From an uncultured Candidatus Entotheonella sp. (GTDB lineage: Bacteria > Tectomicrobia > Entotheonellia > Entotheonellales > Entotheonellaceae): a DNA stretch of 64,000 bases. Shown piece by piece: positions 46,007 through 56,237 of the stretch. Position numbers and translations under genes: made by a program. Numbering within the stretch: position 1 is the first letter of the stretch; every line of letters starts with the position of its first letter. The notes under the pieces were generated by a model. It did no database searches, had not been told where the DNA came from, and was given only the letters and a program-made list of their open reading frames with translations. The stretch covers positions 1,888,001 to 1,952,000 of the forward strand of contig CBDCDA010000001.1 in the NCBI GenBank assembly GCA_965215335.1. Reading direction: 5' to 3'.

Positions 46007-46339
46007 AGAGAATACCCAAGGAATCCTGTCCTTCCCGGCGCCGTGTGGGAATTTCCGAAAAGACCATCCATCCCTGCCGATTTCCCGTCGAGTTGGTCGA
46101 GCGCCTGGGTCTCTCCATGACGAATGAAGACGACGCGGTGCTTGATTCCTGCACGGTGCGTCGGGTCGTCCGTCATCGCCGCGCTCATGCACGATCGGCG
46201 GGCATACGGTTGCGACATCGTGCCGGAATACGTGGACATCGCTCGCCAGCGCGTCAATCAACTGCGTACCGGACGGCTCCGCACGCGTCCCATGGGCAAG
46301 CCCATCGATGACCCCGGCAAGCCCAATGGGGGGCATTGA
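46007..46339 (+). pseudogene. frameshifted C-terminal remnant of a beta-class DNA N4/N6-methyltransferase
   Basis: HPCRFPVELVERL...DAVLD in one frame; GSSVIAALMHDRRAYGCDIVPEYVDIARQR in another. Confidence 0.8.
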
Positions 46340-46459
46340 TGCAGATCAAGGCCCGTCATTCCCATCTCAACGGCGAGGAATACCTGCTCGTCATGGCACT
46401 TTTTTTCATGGTTGAACATACTCGCCAAAACAAGGACGTGACACTTTGAGGGGATCGTC

Positions 46460-46657
46460 ATGACCAGCAAGGAAACCCTGCGGTACCTGGTGACGGAAAT
46501 GGCCGGCGCGACGCTGTCGGAAGCGGAATGGGTGCAGGTGGAGGCGCAGGCGGCGGGATTGCAAGCCGGGCTCAAGGCACTGGCTGCACTCGACCTGAGT
46601 GCAGCCGAACCGGCGGTCGAGTTTGACCGTTCCGAGGAAGACGGTCATGGCGAATGA
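46460..46657 (+). CDS. small GatC/AtzG-like amidase partner
   Basis: 65 aa, ends LAALDLSAAEPAVEF; overlaps the amidase start. Confidence 0.6.
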   Translation: MTSKETLRYLVTEMAGATLSEAEWVQVEAQAAGLQAGLKALAALDLSAAEPAVEFDRSEEDGHGE

Positions 46658-48065
46658 GGATCTGACCAGCGGGACGATTGCGGACATGGCGGCGCGCCTG
46701 CGCCAGGGTGAGGTGTCGCCGGTGGAAGTGACGGCCGCGCATCTGGCGCGCATCGGGCGGCTGAACGGGACGCTGGGGGCGTATCTGACGGTCTTGCCGC
46801 AGCGCGCCATGGCCGCGGCGCGCCGGGCCGCGGCGGAGATGCGGGGCGGCCGGTACCGCGGGCCGCTGCACGGCGTGCCGGTGGCGGTGAAGGACCTGTA
46901 CGCCATCAAGGGCGAGCGCATGACCTGCGGCTCCGCCATCCTGGCGGAGCACGTCGCCGAGCAGCACGCAACCGTGAACCGGCGGCTGGAGGACGCCGGC
47001 GCCGTCCTGCTGGGCACGCTGAACATGCACGAATTCGCCTGGGGCGGCACCTCGATCAATCCACACTACGGCACGCCGCGCAACCCGTGGGACGGCGAGC
47101 GCATTCCGGGCGGCTCCAGCGGCGGCTCGGGGGTGGCCACCGGCGCCGGGCTGGCGATGGCGACGCTGGGTTCGGACACCGGCGGCTCGATCCGCATTCC
47201 GGCCTCGCTGAGCGGCATCGTGGGCCTGAAACCGACCTACGGACGGGTGAGCCGCCACGGCGTTTACCCATTGTGCTGGTCGCTGGATCACCCCGGCCCG
47301 CTGACCCGCAGCGTCGCCGACGCCGCGCTCATGCTGCAGGCCATCGCCGGACACGATCCCGACGATCCCACCACCAGCCACCTGCCCGTGCCGGATTACG
47401 TGCGGCAACTCACGGGGGACGTGCGCGGCCTGCGCGTCGGCGTGCCCCGCGCGCTGTTCTTCGATCAGATCGACCCGCAGGTGGCGGCGGCGGTCGAAGC
47501 CGCGGTTGCCGCATTGGACGGCCTCGGTGTCGCCTGTGTCGACGTGGACCTGCCGCTCATGCGGCACGTGCCGACCGCCTCGCTGACGCTGATGGTCGTG
47601 GAAGCCTATGCGGTGCACGAAACCCTGCTGCGTACCCACTCACAGGCATACGGCTCCGACGTCCGCGTCCGCCTGGCGCTCGGGGCCACGGTCACCGGGG
47701 CGCAGTACCTCAAGGCGCAGCGCTTCCGCTCCCTCCTGATCCAGGAGGTTGCGCAAGCCTTGCGCTCGGTTGACGTCCTCGTTACTCCCACGACCCTGAT
47801 GACCGCCGCCCGCGTCGATGAGCCGGTGGTGCGCATTGCCGGAGAGGAGGTTGTGGTCGCCGCCAACCTTGCGCGCTTCACCCGTGCGTTCAACATGACC
47901 GGTTCGCCGGCGCTGTCGCTGCCCTGCGGATTCGACGACCGGGGCCTGCCCATCGGCCTGCAGATCGTCGGGCGACCGTTCGACGAGAGCACCGTGCTGC
48001 GCCTGGCGCACGCCTATGAGCAACATACCCCGTGGCATCAGCGGGTGCCGGTCCTGCCGGACTGA
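46647..48065 (+). CDS. amidase-signature family protein (GatA-like)
   Basis: VAVKD, GGSSGGS, GSDTGGSIRIPAS, GLKPTYGRVS. Confidence 0.93.
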   Translation: MANEDLTSGTIADMAARLRQGEVSPVEVTAAHLARIGRLNGTLGAYLTVLPQRAMAAARRAAAEMRGGRYRGPLHGVPVAVKDLYAIKGERMTCGSAILAEHVAEQHATVNRRLEDAGAVLLGTLNMHEFAWGGTSINPHYGTPRNPWDGERIPGGSSGGSGVATGAGLAMATLGSDTGGSIRIPASLSGIVGLKPTYGRVSRHGVYPLCWSLDHPGPLTRSVADAALMLQAIAGHDPDDPTTSHLPVPDYVRQLTGDVRGLRVGVPRALFFDQIDPQVAAAVEAAVAALDGLGVACVDVDLPLMRHVPTASLTLMVVEAYAVHETLLRTHSQAYGSDVRVRLALGATVTGAQYLKAQRFRSLLIQEVAQALRSVDVLVTPTTLMTAARVDEPVVRIAGEEVVVAANLARFTRAFNMTGSPALSLPCGFDDRGLPIGLQIVGRPFDESTVLRLAHAYEQHTPWHQRVPVLPD

Positions 48066-48194
48066 CCAGGGAGGAAGGCGTCATGAAAGCGGGACCACCG
48101 GAGGTGCTGATCTGCTCGCCAGGGCCGTTGGGGGGCGCCGAGGCGGTCATCCGCCGCTATGACCTGCGAGATCAGGTTTGGAGATGCGCCGCCC

Positions 48195-49043
48195 TCAGGA
48201 TTCGTCTGCCTGGAGAAAGCGGTGTAGCTCGGACGCATCCATGGCGTAACTGTGCGCCTCGCCCGGAAACGCTCCCGCTTCCACCTCGCGCCTGAACGCC
48301 TGCAAGGCTTGCAGCATCGGCTCGCGCATCTGGGCGAATTGCTTGACGAATTTGGGCACGAAGCCATCGAAAAGCCCCAGGAGGTCGTGGAACACCAGCA
48401 CCTGCCCGGCGCAGCCGGCGCCAGCACCGATGCCGATCGTGGGGATGGTGAGTTTCTCGGTCACTGCCCGCGCCACCGCGGCCGGAACGGCTTCCAGCAC
48501 GACGGCGAAGCAGCCCGCGTCCTGAAGGACGCGGGCGTCGTCGCGCAGCTTCAGCGCCGCCTCGGCGCTGGTGGCCTGCACCTTGTAGCCGCCCAACTTG
48601 GTGGCCGTCTGCGGCGTCAGACCCACGTGCCCCATCACCGGCACCCCGGCCGAGACGATGGCCCGCACGGTTTCCGCCACCTCGTCGCCGCCCTCCAGCT
48701 TCACCGCGTCCATGTGCGCCTCCTTCATGTAACGCCCGGCGTTGCGGACCGCCTCGCGCCGGCTGACCTGGTAGGACATGAACGGCATGTCGCCCACCAG
48801 CAACGCCCGGGAAGCCCCGCGCGCCACGGCCTTGCAGTGGTGCAGCATGTCGTCCACCGTCACCGACACCGTGTCGCGGTGTCCGAGCACGGTCATGGCC
48901 AGCGTGTCGCCCACCAGAATGGCATCCACACCGGCCTCGTCGACCAGCCTGGCCGCCGGGTAATCGTAGGCGGTGAGCATGGTAATCGGCTGACCCTGAT
49001 TCCTTTTGCGCTGGAGGTCGTGGAGGGAAACTTTTCGCGGCAT
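48195..49043 (-). CDS. panB: 3-methyl-2-oxobutanoate hydroxymethyltransferase
   Basis: MLTAYDY, LVGDTL, GDMPFMSY, VKLEGG, GHVGLTPQ, IGIGAG. Confidence 0.97.
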   Translation of the reverse strand: MPRKVSLHDLQRKRNQGQPITMLTAYDYPAARLVDEAGVDAILVGDTLAMTVLGHRDTVSVTVDDMLHHCKAVARGASRALLVGDMPFMSYQVSRREAVRNAGRYMKEAHMDAVKLEGGDEVAETVRAIVSAGVPVMGHVGLTPQTATKLGGYKVQATSAEAALKLRDDARVLQDAGCFAVVLEAVPAAVARAVTEKLTIPTIGIGAGAGCAGQVLVFHDLLGLFDGFVPKFVKQFAQMREPMLQALQAFRREVEAGAFPGEAHSYAMDASELHRFLQADES

Positions 49044-49302
49044 GGGATGGGCACCTTGCTGGCGGCAATTCGGTCAGTGGCTTACGGCCATTGTTTCGGC
49101 GCAACCGTACCCCATCCGCTGCGGCGTGTCCAGACAGCGAGTCCGCCGCCGCAAGCCGAGTCGTCTTGACATCGTCATACCGATGGCTTAATAGGTGGGC
49201 TTCACGACGTATCCGAACAGCGGCCGACGCACCGCAACGTAACCCACAGGCAGCTACCGCGGCTGGCACCGGGGAGACCCAACGCCGGCGAGCCAGGAGG
49301 AC

Positions 49303-50916
49303 ATGACGATGAGGGGCATGCCCGAGACGCATGTACCAGGGACCGGGTTGAGTCGGCGGGAATTCGTGGCCGGCGCCGTGGTTGGAATGTCGGCCCTGGG
49401 CCTGCCCGCCGCCGGTGTCGAAGCAGCCGCGCCGCGACACGGGGGTTCGATCAAGGTCGGCTTGCGGAGCGACGTCAGCCGCCTCGACCCGCATCCCCTC
49501 TTTCCCCCTTATCCCACCTCCAACGCCGTGGCGCTGCTCTACAACGGCCTCACCGAGGTGGACGCCGACGCCAACATCGTTCCCGCCCTGGCGCACGCCT
49601 GGGAGACCTCCAAGGACGGCCTGGCGTGGACCTGGCACATCCGCAAGGACGTGACCTTTCACAACGGCCGCCCGCTGACCGGCGCCGACGTCAAGGCCAA
49701 CGTCGAGCGGGTGCTCAACCCCAGAACCGGGGCGATCATTCGCGGTGAGCTGTCCATCGTCGACCGCATGGACATGCTCGACGACTACACCCTGCGCATG
49801 ACTCTGAAATACAAGTACTACCCCCTCCCCTCCGTCCTGTCCAACCGCTGGCTGCCCATTCTCGATCCGCAAACCTTCGACACCGCCAAGAAACACCCCG
49901 TCGCCACCGGACCGTTCAAGTTCGTCTCCTGGAAACGCCTGCACACCACCGAGATGGTCCGGCACGAGGGATACTGGGAAAAGGACGCCGACGGCAACGC
50001 CCTGCCGTATCTCGACGAGGTCACCGGCAAGCCGCTGGCCGACGACACCGTGCGTCTCACCGCCCTGCGCACCGGCGAGGTTGACCTGATCGACGCCGTC
50101 AGCTACCGTGACCAGTCCCGCTTCATGCAGGAATGGACCGGTCAGTTCGACACCTATCTGATGAAGGCTGTCGGTACGATCTGGTACTGTTTCAATACCC
50201 GGAATCCACCCTTCGATGACGTGCGGGTGCGCCGCGCCGCCGCCCTGGCGCTGGACAAGCGCGCAATCCTGGACAAGACCCTGTTCGGGCACGGCGAAAT
50301 CATGAGCCAGTACTACCCGCAAGCCTCGCCATGGCGTTTGCCGGTCGCGACGTCGCGGGAGCGCGACGTCGCCGAGGCCAGTCGGCTGCTCGAAGAGGCG
50401 GGCGTCAAGCCGGGCACGCATCTCACCCTGGTCACGTACGCGCGCTACAACTACGTCAAGGAATCCAGCCAGATTTTCCAGCAGAATCTGCGCGACGTCG
50501 GCTTCTCCGTAGACCTGAAAATCCTTGATGCCGGCCCCCTGCGCGCCGCCCTGTCGAGCCGCAGATTCCACATTTCCGGCCTGGGCACCGAACACCGCAT
50601 GGACCCGCACGAGTATTATTTCAGGGAACTGAGCTCCAGGAGCCCGGTGCAGAAACGGTACTACAGCGGGTGGGTGAATCCGGCCTATGACAAGCTGATC
50701 CACGATGCCCGGCGCACCGCGGACCGTGAGGCGCGCATACGTCTGTACGCCGAGGCCGAAAAGCTCATCCAGGCGGACGTGCCCACGGTGCGCGTGCTTA
50801 GCGCCCACACCCTCTCTGCCTGGCAGAACGGGGTGCAGGGCTACCGTCCGAATATCGCCGGCAACATGACTTACAACCACGGAGGGCTGCGAACCGCCTG
50901 GCTCAAAAGCGGCTAA
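49303..50916 (+). CDS. ABC transporter substrate-binding protein, family 5 (Tat-exported)
   Basis: SRREFV twin-arginine signal; DVTFHNG, GPFKF, PPFDDVRVRRA. Confidence 0.93.
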   Translation: MTMRGMPETHVPGTGLSRREFVAGAVVGMSALGLPAAGVEAAAPRHGGSIKVGLRSDVSRLDPHPLFPPYPTSNAVALLYNGLTEVDADANIVPALAHAWETSKDGLAWTWHIRKDVTFHNGRPLTGADVKANVERVLNPRTGAIIRGELSIVDRMDMLDDYTLRMTLKYKYYPLPSVLSNRWLPILDPQTFDTAKKHPVATGPFKFVSWKRLHTTEMVRHEGYWEKDADGNALPYLDEVTGKPLADDTVRLTALRTGEVDLIDAVSYRDQSRFMQEWTGQFDTYLMKAVGTIWYCFNTRNPPFDDVRVRRAAALALDKRAILDKTLFGHGEIMSQYYPQASPWRLPVATSRERDVAEASRLLEEAGVKPGTHLTLVTYARYNYVKESSQIFQQNLRDVGFSVDLKILDAGPLRAALSSRRFHISGLGTEHRMDPHEYYFRELSSRSPVQKRYYSGWVNPAYDKLIHDARRTADREARIRLYAEAEKLIQADVPTVRVLSAHTLSAWQNGVQGYRPNIAGNMTYNHGGLRTAWLKSG

Positions 50917-51011
50917 GGACGCCCTCGGCCCGTGCTTTCCGGTAACCATGCAGATGGGATCAGCGCCGCCGGCCACCCTGCATCCGAACGTGAGCGTAGA
51001 GGAGAATCACG

Positions 51012-52631
51012 ATGAAGGACCTGTCCACGTCGCATGTCCCAGGAACCGAATTGAGGCGGCGGGAATTCGTGGCCGGCGCCGGTGGCGCCGTGGTTGGAAT
51101 GTCGGCCCTGGGCCTGCCGGCCGGCAGCGCCGAAGCGGTCACGCCGAACTATGGGGGCTCGATCAAGATCGGCTTGCGGAGCGACGTCAGCCGCCTCGAC
51201 CCGCATCCCCTCTTTCCCCCTTACCCCACCTCCAACGCCATGGCGCTACTGTACAACGGCCTCACCGAGGCGGACGCCGACACCAACATCGTCCCCGCCC
51301 TGGCGCACGCCTGGGAGACCTCCAGGGACGGCCTGACGTGGACCTGGCACATCCGCAAGGACGTGACCTTTCACAATGGCCGCACGCTGACCGGCGCCGA
51401 CGTCAAGGCCAATATCGAGCGGGTGCTCGACCCCAAGGTCGGCTCCGTCATTCGCGGCGAGCTGGAAATCATCGACCGCATGGACATGCTCGACGACTAC
51501 ACCCTGCGCACGACCCTGAAGGACAAGTACTACCCCCTCCCGGCCATGCTGACCAACCGCTGGCTGCCGATTCTCGACCCGCAAACCTTCGAGACCGCCA
51601 AGAATCACCCCATCGCCACCGGGCCGTTCAAGTACGTCTCCTGGAAGCGCCTGCACACCACCGTCATGACCCGGCACGAGGGATACTGGGAACGGGACGC
51701 CGACGGCAACGCCCTGCCGTACCTGGACGAGATCATCGGCAAGCCGCTGGCCGACGACACCGTGCGCCTCACCGCCCTGCGCACCGGCGACGTGGACATG
51801 ATCGATGCCGTCAGCTACCGCGACCAGTCCCGCTTCATGCAGGAATGGACCGACCAATTCGACACCTATCTGATCAGGGCCCTCGGCACCATCTGGTACT
51901 ACTTCAACGCCGAAAAGCCGCCCTTCGATGACGTGCGGGTACGCCGCGCCGCCGCCCTGGCGCTGGACAAGCGCGCCATCCTGAACAAGACCCTCTTCGG
52001 GCACGGCGAAATCATGCACCAGTACTACCCGCAAGCCTCGCCGTGGCGCCTGTCGGGCACCGCGCCGTGGGAGCACGACGTCGACAAGGCCAGGCAGTTG
52101 CTCAAGGAGGCGGGCGTCAAGCCGGGCACCAAGCTCACCCTGGTCACCTTCGCACGCTACAACTACATCAAGGAGGGCGCCCAGATTTTCCAGCAGAACC
52201 TGCGTCGGCTCGGCTTGTTCGTGGACCTGAAAATCCTCGACGCCGGCCCCCTGCGCGTCGCCCTGAAGAGCCGCGAGTTCGACATCTTCGGCCTGGGCAG
52301 CGAGCACCGCATGGACCCGCACGAGTATTACTTCAAGGAGCTGAGCTCCAAGAGCCCGGTGCACAGCCAGTTCTACAGCGGCTGGGTGAACCCGGATTAC
52401 GACGCGTTGATCGATGAAGCCCGGCGCACCGCGGACCGTGAGACCCGCAAGCGGATCTACGCCGAGGCCGAAAAGCTCATCCAGATGGAGGTCCCCAAGG
52501 TCCGTTCGATCAGCGCGCACAACCTGTCCGCCTGGCAAGACGGACTGCAGGGCTACCGTCCGAACGTCGCCGGCAACATCACATACAACCACGGCGGCTT
52601 CCGCACTGCCTGGCTGAGAAACAGTGGCTAG
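51012..52631 (+). CDS. ABC transporter substrate-binding protein, family 5 (tandem paralog)
   Basis: RRREFV Tat signal; long stretches identical to the upstream gene. Confidence 0.93.
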   Translation: MKDLSTSHVPGTELRRREFVAGAGGAVVGMSALGLPAGSAEAVTPNYGGSIKIGLRSDVSRLDPHPLFPPYPTSNAMALLYNGLTEADADTNIVPALAHAWETSRDGLTWTWHIRKDVTFHNGRTLTGADVKANIERVLDPKVGSVIRGELEIIDRMDMLDDYTLRTTLKDKYYPLPAMLTNRWLPILDPQTFETAKNHPIATGPFKYVSWKRLHTTVMTRHEGYWERDADGNALPYLDEIIGKPLADDTVRLTALRTGDVDMIDAVSYRDQSRFMQEWTDQFDTYLIRALGTIWYYFNAEKPPFDDVRVRRAAALALDKRAILNKTLFGHGEIMHQYYPQASPWRLSGTAPWEHDVDKARQLLKEAGVKPGTKLTLVTFARYNYIKEGAQIFQQNLRRLGLFVDLKILDAGPLRVALKSREFDIFGLGSEHRMDPHEYYFKELSSKSPVHSQFYSGWVNPDYDALIDEARRTADRETRKRIYAEAEKLIQMEVPKVRSISAHNLSAWQDGLQGYRPNVAGNITYNHGGFRTAWLRNSG

Positions 52632-52693
52632 GGGCGAGTGGCTGCATGAATCAGTGGGTCACTAACCCCTAAGCACCGAGGAGATGCCGGTCC

Positions 52694-53878
52694 ATGCCGA
52701 TCCGCATCTTCCGGCTGCCCGAAGTCCTTGCCCAGCGTTTGCGGCGCCGGGAGGCGCGAGAACAGCTCATCGGCTACCTGTTCACGACCCCCGCGGTGGC
52801 GGTCATCGCCCTGTTCGGCCTGTTCCCGCTGGGCTACGCCTTCTACATGAGTTTTTACGCCTGGCGGGTGCGGCAGGGGCCATTCCGGGGTCTGCGCAAC
52901 TACGGCAAGGCGCTGGGCGAGCCGGAGGGCGTCCTTATCTTGGCCGGCGCCATCGCCCTGCTGGTGCCGGCCGTGTGGATATGGAAGCGAACTCGCCGGA
53001 TGGCCGCCGGGCGTCGATTGCCCGGTCTGCTGACCGCCGCAGCGTTGTTGTTGGCGGCCGGCGCGGCGGCGGTCACGGGCTGGGGCCGCATGCTGGAAAC
53101 GGGCGACGCGAAGTTCCTCAACGCCCTGCCCGTCACCGTCTACTACGCCCTCGGCAGCATTCCCCTGCAGCTCGCCATCGCCCTGGCGCTGGCCTGCGTG
53201 CTGTTCCAGAACCTGCGCGGCGGCGCCTTTTTCCGCATGGTCTTTTTCCTGCCGTACGTCATGCCGACGGTCGCCACCGCCACCGTCTTCCGCAGCATTT
53301 TCAGTCCACGCGACACGTCGGTGGCCAACCAGTTCCTGGCCCTGTTCGGTCTCGAACCCCAGCAGTGGCTGGCCGAATCCCGGCCGGTTCTCGAAATCGT
53401 CTTCGGCTGGCAGCTAGGGGAGGCGGGACAAGGCTTGCCAGCCATGGGCGGCCCCAGCCTGGCCCTGGTGTCCATCATCCTCTTCGGCGTCTGGACCTTC
53501 GTGGGCTACAACGTCGTCATCTTCCTCGCCGGCCTCGGCTCCATTTCGGGCGAATTGTACGAAGCCGCCGAGCTCGACGGCGCCAACCGCTGGGACGTGT
53601 TCCGCCACATCACCTTCCCGCTGCTGTCGCCGGTCACCTTCTACCTGGCGCTCATCGACTTCATCGGTGCCCTCAAGGCGTTCAATCACATTTTCGTGAT
53701 GCGCTCGCCGCTGGCGCAGGGCACGGTCAACACCGCCAGCATGGTCATTTTCGACACGTTCTACCTGGCCAACCAGTACGGCTACGCGGCGGCGCAGGTC
53801 GTCCTGCTGTTCCTGATGATCCTGGGCGTGACGTACGCGCAGAACCGCGTCTTCGGAAGGAGCGTGATCTATGATTGA
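52694..53878 (+). CDS. carbohydrate ABC transporter permease (UgpA-like)
   Basis: ELYEAAELDGANRWDVFRHITFPLL EAA motif. Confidence 0.92.
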   Translation: MPIRIFRLPEVLAQRLRRREAREQLIGYLFTTPAVAVIALFGLFPLGYAFYMSFYAWRVRQGPFRGLRNYGKALGEPEGVLILAGAIALLVPAVWIWKRTRRMAAGRRLPGLLTAAALLLAAGAAAVTGWGRMLETGDAKFLNALPVTVYYALGSIPLQLAIALALACVLFQNLRGGAFFRMVFFLPYVMPTVATATVFRSIFSPRDTSVANQFLALFGLEPQQWLAESRPVLEIVFGWQLGEAGQGLPAMGGPSLALVSIILFGVWTFVGYNVVIFLAGLGSISGELYEAAELDGANRWDVFRHITFPLLSPVTFYLALIDFIGALKAFNHIFVMRSPLAQGTVNTASMVIFDTFYLANQYGYAAAQVVLLFLMILGVTYAQNRVFGRSVIYD

Positions 53879-54815
53879 GAGCACCGCGCAAAGGCGGGTT
53901 GTCCCACAACCCAAGGCGACGCGGCTGCGTGTCGGGCGCCAAAGCGAGCCCAGCGGAGTGGAGTCGAGCGTGTTGAAAACGTGCGAGCGAGCGAAGCGAG
54001 CTTGCCTGTACCTCGTCCTGGTGGCGGGCGCGGTGGTGGTGGCGCTGCCGTTCTGCTGGATGGTCTCCACCTCGCTGATGACCCTGGGCGAGACCATCAA
54101 CCGGCAGTGGCTGCCGAGCGTGCCGCGCTGGCAGAATTACCAGACGGCCTGGACGGAAGCGCGCTTCGCCGTCTATTTCCTGAACAGCGTGATCATCACG
54201 GTCACGTCGCTCGCGGGGCTGTTGACGACCTCCGTCCTGGCCGCCTATGCCTTCGCGCGCCTGCAATTCGCCGGCCGCGAAATCATCTTCTTCGGCCTGC
54301 TGAGCACCATGATGATCCCCGAGGCCATGACCCTGCTGCCCAGTTTTCTGGTCATCCGCGGCGACGTGATTCCCCTGCCGGGCGGCTCGTGGCTGAACAC
54401 CCTGCAAGGGTTGACGGTGCCGTTCATGGCCAGCGCCTTCAGTATCTTCCTGCTGCGGCAGTTCTTCAGGCGCCTGCCCGTGGAACTGTGGGACGCCGCC
54501 TGCATCGACGGCTGCGGCCACCTGCGCTTTCTCACCACCGTGGTGCTGCCGCTCAGCAAGGCGCCGCTGCTGACGGTGGCGCTGTTCGGTTTCATCGCCT
54601 CGTGGGACGCCCTGCTGTGGCCGCTGCTCGTCACCACGCGCGAAACCTGGCGCCCCCTCATGGTGGGCCTGTGGTCCCTGGTGACCGAAGCGGGCCCGGA
54701 AACCCAGCTGTTCATGGCCGGGGCCACCATCACCCTGCTGCCTGTCCTGGTTATCTACTTCCTGGTGCAGCGACACTTCACCGAGGGCATCATGACCTCG
54801 GGCCTCAAGGGATGA
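53871..54815 (+). CDS. carbohydrate ABC transporter permease (UgpE-like)
   Basis: LRQFFRRLPVELWDAACIDG, QRHFTEGIMTSGLKG. Confidence 0.92.
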   Translation: MIESTAQRRVVPQPKATRLRVGRQSEPSGVESSVLKTCERAKRACLYLVLVAGAVVVALPFCWMVSTSLMTLGETINRQWLPSVPRWQNYQTAWTEARFAVYFLNSVIITVTSLAGLLTTSVLAAYAFARLQFAGREIIFFGLLSTMMIPEAMTLLPSFLVIRGDVIPLPGGSWLNTLQGLTVPFMASAFSIFLLRQFFRRLPVELWDAACIDGCGHLRFLTTVVLPLSKAPLLTVALFGFIASWDALLWPLLVTTRETWRPLMVGLWSLVTEAGPETQLFMAGATITLLPVLVIYFLVQRHFTEGIMTSGLKG

Positions 54816-54871
54816 GCAGTCTTGAGTGTAATCACTGAAAACTGACCACTGAAGAAGGAGTTCTGAATCCC

Positions 54872-56221
54872 ATGCCACACCGTATCGTACTGTCCCTGAC
54901 AGCCGCCATCATGTTCGTCTTCGGCCTTCTCGCCATACCGACCGGCGCGCAGTCCGACCCCTGGGCCAGGGTCGACCCGAGCGGCCAGAACCTGGTGTTC
55001 TGGCACAACCACACCCGCAGCCGTCAGGATGCCCTGCAGACCATCCTGCAGACCTTCAACGAAAACAACCCTTACGGCATTACCATCGCGCAAGAAACTC
55101 AGGGTTCCTACGCCGACATCTTTCGCAAAATGCTGGGCCTGCTCGGCACGCCGGAGGTTCCCGACCTGGTGGTGGCCTATCAGAACCAGGCGGCCACCTA
55201 CCAACTGCGCGATGCCCTCGTCGACATGACCTCGCTGCTGCAAAGCCCGAAGTGGGGGCTGTCGGCGGAGGAACAGGCCGACTTCTTCCCTGCCTTTTTC
55301 CAGCAGGACGTCTTTCCCCTCTTCGATAATGCCCGCCTGGGTCTGGCGCCGAACCGCTCGATGGAGATCCTGTACTACAACCGTGACTGGCTGACAGAGC
55401 TCGGCTACGACGAACCGCCGAGCACGCCAGAGGCGTTCAGGGCGGTGGCATGCAAAGCCGCCCGGAGGCCGTTCAGCAAGACCGACGGCAGCGGCACGAT
55501 GGGCTACCAGATCAGCCTCGACGCCTCACGCCTGGCAAGCTGGACCTTTGCCTTCGGCGGCGACATTTTCGATTACCAGACGCGCCTGTACACCTACGAC
55601 AGCGGTGCCACCCAACACGCCATGGCGTTCCTGCAGGACCTGTACGCCGAGGGCTGCGCGCGGCCGGTCAGCGAACGTGGCGGCGCCCTGGTCGACTTCA
55701 GCGCCGGGCGCCTGCTGTTCACCTCGGCGTCCAGCTCCGGCCTGCCGTTCTTCAAGGCAGCCGTTGAGGCCGGCGCCAAGTTCGACTGGGGCATCGCGCC
55801 GCTGCCGCACACTACGCCGACGCCTGTCATGAACGTCTACGGAGCCAGCGTCAGCATGCCCAGGAGCACACCGGAGCGCGAGTTGGCGACGTGGCTGTTC
55901 ATCCGGTATTTCACCAGCCCGGAAGTGCAGGCGGGGTGGGGGCAGGCGGCCAATTACTTCCCGGTGCGGCAGAGCGCCGCGCAGCGCCTGGGCGACTACT
56001 TTCAGCGCCACGTCGCCTACAAGACCGCCTTTGACCTGCTGCAGTACGGCCGCCACGAGCCGCCGGTTCCGGGCTACGACTTCGTGCGTGCCATGGCCGA
56101 GGAAGCCCTGGCCGCGGTCTTCGCGCAGGGCCGTGACGTGGAGAAGACCCTGGTCAGGCTGAATCGGGATGCCAACGCCAGCCTCCAGGAGCAGTTGGAG
56201 TATCTGCCGTCGGCGCAGTGA
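54872..56221 (+). CDS. extracellular solute-binding protein (UgpB-like)
   Basis: Signal peptide, FWHNH, PNRSMEILYYN, YFPVRQSA. Confidence 0.88.
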   Translation: MPHRIVLSLTAAIMFVFGLLAIPTGAQSDPWARVDPSGQNLVFWHNHTRSRQDALQTILQTFNENNPYGITIAQETQGSYADIFRKMLGLLGTPEVPDLVVAYQNQAATYQLRDALVDMTSLLQSPKWGLSAEEQADFFPAFFQQDVFPLFDNARLGLAPNRSMEILYYNRDWLTELGYDEPPSTPEAFRAVACKAARRPFSKTDGSGTMGYQISLDASRLASWTFAFGGDIFDYQTRLYTYDSGATQHAMAFLQDLYAEGCARPVSERGGALVDFSAGRLLFTSASSSGLPFFKAAVEAGAKFDWGIAPLPHTTPTPVMNVYGASVSMPRSTPERELATWLFIRYFTSPEVQAGWGQAANYFPVRQSAAQRLGDYFQRHVAYKTAFDLLQYGRHEPPVPGYDFVRAMAEEALAAVFAQGRDVEKTLVRLNRDANASLQEQLEYLPSAQ

Positions 56222-56237
56222 AGGGTATACGGGAACG

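Noticed and set aside
48083..48295. ORF with a good RBS after the amidase (MKAGPPEVLICS...)
   Set aside because: It runs antisense into panB and has no recognisable domain; it may be another truncated relic but cannot be supported.
48172..50976. 934-aa minus-strand ORF and similar long antisense ORFs (33407-35278, 51246-52592)
   Set aside because: These are shadow ORFs of well-supported genes, caused by high-GC codon bias.
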